NCBI GenBank assembly: GCA_024231025.1 | Contig: JAAEQW010000150.1 | Coordinates: forward strand, 239-64,238 | Source of the DNA: Candidatus Omnitrophota bacterium | GTDB lineage: Bacteria; Omnitrophota; Gorgyraeia; Duberdicusellales; 4484-171 | Direction of reading: 5' to 3' | DNA length: 64,000 nt | In this document: positions 39,836-49,100 of the stretch, one piece after another | How positions within the stretch are numbered: position 1 is the first letter of the stretch | How the letters are laid out: every line of letters starts with the position of its first letter | The notes under the pieces: model-generated | Databases searched by the model: none | Told to the model about the DNA's origin: nothing | Seen by the model: the letters and a program-made list of their open reading frames with translations, nothing else | Made by a program: the position numbers and the translations under genes

Positions 39836-39972
39836 GTACAAGAAATAACCAATAAACAAGATGCAAGAAACAAACAAATCTCAATATTCAATACCCAATA
39901 ACCAATAAATTTGGTTATTTGAGCTTGGTTATTGATTATTATTTGGTTATTGTAACTTGTTTCTTGTTTCTT
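39836..39972. repeat. Inverted-arm AATAACC/GGTTATT repeat element
   Basis: Reverse complement of 39910-39965 matches 19644-19699 at 44/56 ungapped positions. Confidence 0.8.
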
Positions 39973-39997
39973 TAACGAAATGCATACAGGAGGTATT

Positions 39998-40456
39998 ATG
40001 AAAGAGATAAAAGGATCGTTCGCAGGAAAAGGGCAAAGAATAATTATAGCAATTTCAAGATTTAACGAATTTATCAGCAATCAGCTTCTTGTTGGATGTA
40101 TTGATGCTTTAAAAAAATCTGGCGTAAAAGACGACGATATAACTGTTGTCTGGGCTCCAGGCTCATTTGAGATCCCGCAATTATTAACCAAGATCGATGA
40201 GAAAAAATATGATGCCGCAATTGCATTGGGCGCGGTTATCAGAGGCGAAACGCCTCATTTTGATTATGTAGCTGCTGAGGTGTCAAAAGGCGTGGCAAAA
40301 ATTTCTTTAGATAAGAAGTTTCCAATTATTTTTGGTGTGATTACTGCTGATACTGTTGAGCAGGCAATCGAGCGTGCCGGCACAAAACACGGCAACAAGG
40401 GTAGAGATGCAGCTTTGGCTGCTCTAGAAATAGCAAATATTTATTCGCAACTTTAA
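39998..40456 (+). CDS. ribH: 6,7-dimethyl-8-ribityllumazine synthase
   Basis: SRFN, PGSFEIP, GAVIRGETPHFDYV, FGVIT, GNKG; ATG after AGGAGG. Confidence 0.97.
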   Translation: MKEIKGSFAGKGQRIIIAISRFNEFISNQLLVGCIDALKKSGVKDDDITVVWAPGSFEIPQLLTKIDEKKYDAAIALGAVIRGETPHFDYVAAEVSKGVAKISLDKKFPIIFGVITADTVEQAIERAGTKHGNKGRDAALAALEIANIYSQL

Positions 40457-40464
40457 ATCTGTAT

Positions 40465-40911
40465 ATGAGATTACGTTCAAAAGCGAGAGAGGTTTCTTTG
40501 CATCTTCTTTATCAAGTAGAAATCACCAAGGGTGATTTTGCTTCGATTTTTCAAAAATATATCAAAAATGACCCACAACGCCAAGAAGTCGAGGATTTTT
40601 CGCACTCAATTTTCGGTGGAGTGGAGGATAATTTAAGCGCAATTGATTCAGTAATCAAAAAACATGTAAAAAATTGGGAAATTGGCAGGATGGCAATCAT
40701 TGATAGAAATATCTTACGTATTGCTTGCTTTGAGTTGCTTTATTTAGATGAAGTGCCGCCTAAGGTTTCGATTAATGAGGCGATTGAGCTTGCTAAGCGT
40801 TTTGGTGATGTTGACTCACCGCGTTTTGTGAATGGCATCTTAGATAAAATATATAAAACGGAAAGAAAGGATAAAGAAGACAATGTTCGAGAATGCGACA
40901 AACAAGTGTGA
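40465..40911 (+). CDS. nusB: Transcription antitermination factor NusB
   Basis: RSKARE, DRNILR, INEAIELAKRFG, FVNGILD. Confidence 0.96.
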   Translation: MRLRSKAREVSLHLLYQVEITKGDFASIFQKYIKNDPQRQEVEDFSHSIFGGVEDNLSAIDSVIKKHVKNWEIGRMAIIDRNILRIACFELLYLDEVPPKVSINEAIELAKRFGDVDSPRFVNGILDKIYKTERKDKEDNVRECDKQV

Positions 40912-41719
40912 CCTTCACATCCATTCAACATTCTCTGATAGCGATCAAACTTTAGAAAGCATTTTTCTATCTGCCAAAGAAAACGACCTCAGCTGCATAT
41001 CTATAACTGATCACGATACTACCAGCGGAATAAAATGTGCACGCTCACTCAGCAGACGAGTTGGCATCGAATTAATTGATGGCATTGAAATCAGCGCTCA
41101 TAAAGATGAGACTGAAATTCATATTTTGGGCTATTTTATTGATAGCGAAAATAGAAAATTTCAAAATGCGCTAGAAGATGTAAGAGAATTACGAAAAAAG
41201 CGCTTAATCGCGATGGTCAAGCGCCTAAGCGCTTTAGGGCTGGCAGTTGATTGCGATGAAATTTTAGAAGGGATTGGCGATGCTATTGCCACAAGGCTTC
41301 ATCTTGGATTATACTTAGTTAAGAAAAAAATTGTTGGTAATCTCTGGGAAGCTTTTAAAAAATATCTTTCCTGCGGAAAGCCGGCTTATATTGGGCGTTT
41401 TAAATTTTCAGTAAAAGAGGCGATTGAGTTAATCAAAGATAGCGGTGGCCTAGCTTTTATTGCGCATCCGCGTTATATTACGGATCGAGCGTGGATAAAA
41501 GAATTTGCTAATTACGGTGCAGATGGCTTAGAGGTGGTTTATCCGTGTCTTTCGGCTGCCAAAATGGCATCTTTTTCTGATATTGCGGACGAATTGGGAC
41601 TCATTAAAAGTGGCGGTTCTGACGCTCACGGAACGTATAAAGAGTATACCAAAGTTGGAGGAGTAAGCATTCCTTACAGCTGGGTTTTGAAGATGAAGGA
41701 ACGTCTTTGCTTGGTATGA
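40883..41719 (+). CDS. PHP-domain phosphoesterase (TrpH/YciV-like)
   Basis: DLHIHS..SD, ITDHD, GIEIS, HILGY, AHP, GSDAHG. Confidence 0.88.
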   Translation: MFENATNKCDLHIHSTFSDSDQTLESIFLSAKENDLSCISITDHDTTSGIKCARSLSRRVGIELIDGIEISAHKDETEIHILGYFIDSENRKFQNALEDVRELRKKRLIAMVKRLSALGLAVDCDEILEGIGDAIATRLHLGLYLVKKKIVGNLWEAFKKYLSCGKPAYIGRFKFSVKEAIELIKDSGGLAFIAHPRYITDRAWIKEFANYGADGLEVVYPCLSAAKMASFSDIADELGLIKSGGSDAHGTYKEYTKVGGVSIPYSWVLKMKERLCLV

Positions 41720-42789
41720 ATAAAGATTTAATTTTTCTAAAAAAAGCGTTAGAGCTTGCTCAACAGGCCGAAGGATTAACTTCGCCCAATCCTTTAGTTG
41801 GGGCAGTGATTGTTAAAAAAGGTAAAGTAGTTTCTAAGGGCTATCATCGCCGTGCCGGTTTGCCTCACGCTGAAGTTGAAGCAATCAAAAAGGCAAAAGC
41901 CGATATAAAAGGGGCAACTCTTTATATAGGCTTAGAACCATGTTGCCATTTTGGCAAAACTCCGCCCTGCGTTGATAAGATTATTGCAAGTGGAATAAAA
42001 AGAGTTGTTATCGCAACGCTTGATCCTAATCCGATAGTTAGTGGCAAATCGGTTAAAAAATTAAAAAAAGCAGGAATCCAGGTAAGTGTTGGTTTGCATC
42101 AAGCCTGGGCTCAGCAAATTAACGAAGTGTTTTTTAAAAACATGGCTCAACGCTTACCGTTTGTTGTGGCAAAAGCTGCTCAGAGCCTGGATGGAAAAAC
42201 AGCAACCAAAAATAAAAAGTCTAAATGGATAACATCTGATGCGATGCGTCTTTGCGCAAAAAAATTACGCGATAAGTACGATGCGGTGTTAGTAGGAATT
42301 AATACGGTATGTGCCGATAACCCTTCACTTGATGGGGCGAATAAGACGCCGTTTAAGGTTGTGATTGATCCGCATTTGCGAATCTCTTCTGATTGTAAAT
42401 TGATTAAGAATAATCCGCAACGGTTAATAATTTTTACTTCTAAGTGCAATGAGCACAAGGCTTGGAAAATGCCCGATCGGGTAAACATATTTTTCTTAGA
42501 AGGTAAAAACGATAAATTTGCCTTAAAAGATGTTTTAAAAAAGCTTTATAAGGTTGGGATAAGGTCAGTATTCGTTGAGGGTGGCTCGCAGACCTTAGGT
42601 GAGTTTTTTGACAGTAAGCTAGTCGATAAAGTGTATTTTTTTATTGCGCCGAAGATTATCGGTGGTAAAGATGCGCTTGTTTCAGTGGGCGGCGAGGGAG
42701 CGTCATCGCCAAATAGTGCGCTAAATATAAGAGATATGCAGTCAACGCCAGTTGACAACGGCATTCTAATTTCAGGATATCCCACGTGA
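41716..42789 (+). CDS. ribD: Riboflavin deaminase/reductase RibD
   Basis: PNPLVG, HAE, LEPCCH.GKTPPC, SLDGK, VEGG. Confidence 0.96.
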   Translation: MNKDLIFLKKALELAQQAEGLTSPNPLVGAVIVKKGKVVSKGYHRRAGLPHAEVEAIKKAKADIKGATLYIGLEPCCHFGKTPPCVDKIIASGIKRVVIATLDPNPIVSGKSVKKLKKAGIQVSVGLHQAWAQQINEVFFKNMAQRLPFVVAKAAQSLDGKTATKNKKSKWITSDAMRLCAKKLRDKYDAVLVGINTVCADNPSLDGANKTPFKVVIDPHLRISSDCKLIKNNPQRLIIFTSKCNEHKAWKMPDRVNIFFLEGKNDKFALKDVLKKLYKVGIRSVFVEGGSQTLGEFFDSKLVDKVYFFIAPKIIGGKDALVSVGGEGASSPNSALNIRDMQSTPVDNGILISGYPT

Positions 42790-42793
42790 TGAG

Positions 42794-42865
42794 AGTTATA
42801 AGTCGTAAGTTGTAAGTTGTAAGTTGTAAGTTGTAAGTTGTAAGTTTGCCTGCCTGTCCGGCAGG
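42794..42865. repeat. (AGTTGTA)n heptamer array followed by CCTGCC-N5-GGCAGG palindrome
   Basis: agttata agtcgta (agttgta)x5; palindrome at 42849-42865. Confidence 0.9.
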
Positions 42866-42985
42866 TATTAGAAAACTTGAAATTTCAACTCATATGCACC
42901 GCGTAGGTGCGCATTGTTTTGTAAACTGTTGAGTGTGAGGTAGTTACCGACAGCGTCTCCTTGTGGTTATTTTTTGTAAATTGGG

Positions 42986-43014
42986 TTGACTTTTGCTTGT
43001 GGATATGTTACTTT
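42986..43014 (+). promoter_or_regulatory. Sigma70 promoter upstream of the giant ORF
   Basis: TTGACT-N17-TACTTT with extended TG. Confidence 0.6.
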
Positions 43015-43016
43015 TG

Positions 43017-43030
43017 TGTAAGCGCTTACA
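43017..43030. promoter_or_regulatory. LacI/CcpA-family operator (cre-like)
   Basis: Perfect 14-bp palindrome TGTAAGCGCTTACA over the predicted transcription start. Confidence 0.75.
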
Positions 43031-43053
43031 AAGCAATGTATGTTAAATACCTG

Positions 43054-43092
43054 GGGAGGCATTACTCAAATAGAGTAATGCCTCCCTTTTTT
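43054..43092 (+). terminator. Intrinsic terminator in the 5' leader of the giant ORF
   Basis: 14-bp perfect stem GGGAGGCATTACTC / GAGTAATGCCTCCC, 5-nt loop, T6. Confidence 0.85.
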
Positions 43093-43148
43093 AATGTTTT
43101 AAAGGTGGCAATTGCAGTGATTTTGCTGCACAATTGAGGAGGTTTTCG

Positions 43149-46100
43149 ATGATACTATTTTTACAAAAGAGAAAAGCGTCGGTTCCATTCAAAGTTACAG
43201 TGTTTTTAGCAATGGGAATTTTTCTGCTGGGCACCTTTATGATGCAGACCAATAAAGTTCCTAAAGCATATGCTTCCGCCTTGCCGTATATGGCGGCACC
43301 GACCGAACTTATTGATACAACCGCAAATTTTAACCCGGTAGTTTTGCGCGGGATAAAATTTGATACCAACAATCCCTTTAAATTCAATTTTATTCTTGAT
43401 GAAGGCGATACTGCCCTTAGCGACGGCGAACTGAAAAAGGAAGTAGAAAAGATCGCTCGCCAATTTCTTGCGGCGATAACTGTTCCCGAAGAGGATTTAT
43501 GGGTTAACCTTTCTCCATTGGAAAAAGATAGAATTATTTCTGATGAGCTAAGCGTAACCGATATTGGACGTGACCTTTTAGGTGAAGATTACGTTCTAAA
43601 ACAATTAACTTCGTCTTTAACTTATCCGGAAAGTCCGCTTGGTAAAGAGTATTGGAAAAAGATTTACACTCGGACCCAAGAAATGTATGGCACAACTGAC
43701 GTGCCAATTAATACCTTTAACAAAGTTTGGATTACTCCTAAGCATGCGGTAATTTACGAAAATGCCCAAGGCGCATATATTGGTGAGAGCCATCTAAAGG
43801 TAATGTTGGAACAGGATTACCTTGCCCAAGAACAAAACATCGCAGGGGCACAGCGTGATGTGCCCTCTGAAAAACAAATCAATAATATTTCCGCCCAAAT
43901 AACCAAAGAAGTAATTTTGCCGGTAATCGAGAACGAAGTAAATTACGGGAAAAGCTTCTCGCATTTGCGTCAAATTTATCATTCGGTGCTTTTAGCCTCG
44001 TGGTTTAAAAAGAAACTAAAACAGACTATTCTTAATGATATCTACGTTGATAAGAAAAAGATTGCCGGAGTTGACACCAGCGACCCCCAGATTAAGGAAA
44101 AAGTATACAACCAATATTTAGAAGCTTACAAAAAAGGTGTCTATAATTATATTCGCCGTGATTCTGATTTTACCACAAAAAGAAAAGTTAATCGTCGTTA
44201 CTATTCTGGCGGAACTGATCTGGTGGTTGGCCCAACAACTACGACTAAGTCTGGTACCGATCCTTTGGCTCCAGGTGTTGGCGGGGCTTCAAAGGGTGAA
44301 GTAAGTGAGGCTGGAGTTACAACCGAAGGCATTGACAATAAACCTGGGCCGGATATGGCCGCTGCAGCGATTCCGCATGGTCGGACTAATAAGGGGATAT
44401 CAGGCGCAATCGAAGGTAATACTGTTACTCGTCAAAAGGCAAATGGAAGCTACGCAAAAGAGGTTTTTGATGCTGAGAAAGCGCCTAAAGACAGTTCGGT
44501 AATAACTAAGGCCGACGTGCGTGATGTTCCACAGTTAGCCGGATCAATTACCGAATTAATTCATAACTACAGAGACATAATTACTTTCGACCTTGATAGC
44601 GCAGGAAGAATGGTCAATGTTCAACTCCCCACGGACCTCACAGATAATCTTCGTATACTTGATTTAGCGCGTGAACTTTCAGTTGTTCAACCTGATCCGC
44701 AAGTGCGCCGCATGGCTTTTCATTTAGCTGCGGCAATTCAACGTGCGCGCGGAAAACTTTCTCCAAATGTTAGAAATGTATCGTTACTCCAGCCATTTAC
44801 CGATGGCGTTTTAAGAGGTATTCCGGCAGATAATTTACGCTGCGGTGGGGCGATGGAGCAAGCTGCTCTTGGGCGAGCAGCAGATAAAGCTAACGCGGTT
44901 ATTGCGGCTGAAATTGCCATGTCTGAGCTGATCTATTCTGGGCTTTTGGATTTATTTGATTTTGTTGGTCATGTATATCTTGGTGATGCTTTTGCTGGCC
45001 GTGATGCTTCAACTCCTACGCAGCTTGATCATCTTCAAGCTAAATTGTCAGAAATATTTGCTTTAGATAAGACGAAGGCTCTAATTGCAGCGGCGTCCGA
45101 TGAACTGTCGGTTGATGGTTACGAGGAGAAAATTTGGGCGAAAATGCCTCTTGTTGAACGCGAGAGTTCAGGGATGATTGATAAGGCGCGGCGAGAAGCA
45201 GAAATGCAGAAAATATTCGGCATACTTACCTTAGCCGCTGAAGCAGGAATTACCCATTTCGATATTGATTTTTCAACTCTGGCGGATCAAGTTCTAATGG
45301 AAGCCCTTTACCGAGGTGCGCACACTGATGATAATCCTAATGGTTTTAGTCCAAGCATGAAGATGCTAATCGATAAGATCAAGAGCTCTCCATCAATGGA
45401 AGTGGCGGTTGCATGGGTTAGAGATAAGGGTGAGGTTTCTGATGATAAGCTTTGGGAGTTGTATAGTCCCAAGCGTCAGGCAGCATCTGAGAAAATTCAG
45501 GTATTTAATGCCAAATTTAGCGCAAAGGCAATCGTCCACCAAAGAATAGAAGAGGCGAAAGCAATAAGGGCCGGATATTTACCGGAAGGGTTTCGTGCCC
45601 TTTCTGGTGTTGAAGATGCACATACTGATTTAAAGTTTCTTGAGAATAAACCGAGTGAGCCGGAATCAGTTGTTGCATTTTTGCTTATGTTGCGTCGTGA
45701 GTTATTAGAAGCGAATAAACAGTTTAAAGCAGATTACGGTTACGATTTACCTGAGTTAACCGCAATTAAATGGAGTCCGAAAACCGGAACTTCACATGGT
45801 ACCGCGGGGATAGAGGCCAATATCGGTGTTTTTGCGTTGGCGGAAAGGTATCTTGCCTTGCCGCAAGTGAAAGAAATCCTCGGCGGTGAGTTTGTCCTAA
45901 TAAGGGGTCAGCATGGAGCCTCTAAATGTACTACCGATCAGTACGCAGATATGGGTCGAAATGCTGAGGATATTCACTTTGCGACTGGAATAGCTAACAA
46001 ATTTTCCGGAACAATGGCCGAAGAATTTAACATAATGACCGATACTGTGGGGGATTTACTGCAGTTGCTTTTAAAGCCTGATCGAGCGAATATTACCGAT

Positions 46101-49100
46101 CGCCTTAACGCGTATTTAGAGGTTATTGGTAAGGATGCGGATTGGCTGATGGATTACGTTACGCTGCCTGGAGTTGAAGCCAAAATCAAAAGATTTCGTT
46201 CGGCTGAATTTGGCGGGAAAAATGATGCCCAAACAAAGTTTTTCAATATCTTAGCTAAGGAGGGCATAACTTCATATACTCTCGAAGGCCGCAGGAGACT
46301 TACCCATCTTATTCTTACCGACCCTGAGGAGGGTGTTCCTAGTGATGCAAGAAGTAAACTGAAAGATTTAGTAAAGCATGTTTACAGACCACTTTTACCC
46401 TACTTTCTTAGTATGCCGCAAGAATTACGGGATCCGGTTATGAACGCGGTGCAGGCCTGGATGGGAGACGCAATAAATGAGTTAGGTATTGCAGATAGTT
46501 TTGATAAGCTTGTACCATATTTACCTCAAGAACCTTTGGTTTTGCGCCCGATTCCTGCCGATTTTGTTGCGGAAGCTCAAGAAGCAGTGCAGCAAAGCTT
46601 GCCGCTGATTGAACAAATCGACAATGGATTTGCGCAAGCGAGAGAGGCTTTTGATGGTGGCGAATATCAGCTAGCATTTACCAGAGTCGATAAGGCAATA
46701 GAACTTTTGATGAGACCTGAAAAATTCGACGCAAAAGATGATCCGCTAACCGGCGTCAGTAACCCTAATGAAATTTTAAGTCTGTTAAATAGTTTAGGAT
46801 CAAAGCGCCAATTATATCCTCGTCAAGAAGACCTTCAGGGTTTTCTTCACGCAGGCATAAATGGGCTGGATTTGATTAATGGCTTAAGAAAGCTAAATGG
46901 TTTCAAGCTAATAATCGAAGAAGTCGACCCTCAAGACGTGCCGCTGATTGAACAAATCGATGGCTTGTTTGTCGAAGCGAAAAAAGCTCTTGCGAAGGGT
47001 GAGGATCAGTTAGCATATACCAAGGTCGAGGAGGCAACAACACTTTTGACACGGCCTCTCGATTTCGACACAAGTGATGATCCACTAACCGGCCTCAGTA
47101 ATCCCGATGAGGTTTTAAAACTATTAAATAGCTTAAAGCTTCAACGGTCTCGTCGTCAAAGCGCCCTTTGGCGCTTGCTTGGCCAACGTTTAAATGGATT
47201 GGATTTAATTAACGGGTTAAGGATGGCAATTGGTTTTGGGGTAATAACCGAAGAAGTCGATCCTCAAGACCTGCCGCTGACTAATAAACAAATAGACAGT
47301 TTTTTTGATAGAGCCGAAGAACATTCTAAACATGGAAGAGATTCCTATGCACTTAAAGAAATTGATAAGGCAATAGAACTTTTGAAATGGCCTGAAAAAT
47401 TTGATGCAAAGGGTAACCCGCTAGTCGGCATCAGTAACCCCGATGGAGTTCAACACCTATTAAGTGCGATAGAGACAGGAGGGTACACATTATCTTTTAG
47501 TGAGGAAGCTCTTAAACTTCTTCTTGATGAAGGTGCAAGCGGATTAGAATTAGTTAATGGTTTGAGAGAGATAGATAGGCTCGATCCAATAGCAAAAAAA
47601 GCTGACCCTCAAGATCTGCCGCTGATTGAACAAATCGACAATGGATTTACCGAAGCGAGAGAAGCTTTTGATAGTGGCGAATATCAGCTAGCATTTACCA
47701 GAGTCGATAAGGTAGCAGAACTTTTGAGACGGCCTTACGATTTTGACGTAAGTAATGATCCACTAACCGGCCTCAGTAACCCTAATGAAGTTTTGATGCT
47801 GTTAAATGATTTAGAATTAAATGTTGGATTATCGCATCGTCAAAAAGCGCTTAAGGATTTTATTGGTCAAGGTAGAAACGGATTGGACTTAATTAATTGC
47901 CTAAGAATGGCAGTTGGTTATGGGGTAATAATCGCGAAAGCTGGCAGCGCTGCTGCCAACGGGTCGGTTGTTTTAGAGAAGAAAAATAAGGTTGCAATTA
48001 ATGGCGGCGGCAGAATCGGCATGTTGAGTTTGCGCGTGTGGATTATGAAAAAAATGCACGGAGAGCCAACCGATCTTGATGTTGTAGCGATGAATGATTT
48101 GCAGTCACCCCAGCAGCTAGCTTACAAACTTAAGTACGATTCTAATCATGGAGAGCTTAAGGATGTTGGAATCGATGTGGTCGAAGAGGGAAATGATAAC
48201 TTTTTGGTTATCAATGCTGAAGGAATCAATAATCATAGAATTCAATTATTTTCAGAAAGAGATCCGACACAGCTGCCATGGGGACAACTAGGTATTGGTC
48301 AAGTGTGGGAGTGTACCGGAATATTTAGAGATAAAGAAGCGGCTGATTTGCATCGTCAAGCGGGAGCCAAAAAAGTTATTGTTAGCGCTCCGGGCAAAGG
48401 GCTTCCAACTATAGTTTTCGGAGTGAACCAAGGTATTTATGATCCAGCGAAGCATGACATAGTTTCGAACGCATCGTGCACAACCAATGATCTTGCTCCG
48501 GTGATTAAGGTCTTAAATGATACACTTGGAGTTCAGTCGGCAATGATGAATACAACGCATGCTACAACTAATGATCAGAAAGTAGGTGACGCTCCGCACA
48601 GCGATCCTTATCGATCAAGAGGCGCTATCGGTGCGATGATAATACCTACCATCACAGGGGCAGCTAAAACTACTGGCAAAGTAATACCTGAATTGGATGG
48701 AAAAATAGATGGAGCTTCACTTCGTATTCCTACTAAAACTGTTTCAGCGACGACGATAACAATCAATGTGAAAAAAGACACAACAGTAGCAGAAGTTAAC
48801 GCAATTTTAAAGGAAGCATCAGAGACTGAGGGATTAAAAGGTATTCTTGCTTATACCGATGAGAAAAAAGTTGGGGTGGATTTTCTTACTGATCCACATT
48901 CATCAACGGTTGCCGGAGACTTCACTAAAGTTGTTGTCGGTACGATGGTGCAAGTACTTTCTTGGTACGATAATGAATGGGGTTTTGCCAATCGCATGGT
49001 TGATCTTGGTGAGCATATGGCAGATGCCGATTTCGCCTTTGCTGAGAAAGAAATTGTGCAGGAGACAGCGCATGATACATTTGTAAAAAATGAATTAAAG

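Noticed and set aside
42866-42890. IRKLEI as the N-terminal remnant of a four-helix-bundle gene after the AGTTGTA array
   Set aside because: Too short to distinguish from chance.
43134-43148. TTG start of the giant ORF
   Set aside because: This stretch contains the GAGGAGG RBS; ATG 43149 is the better start.
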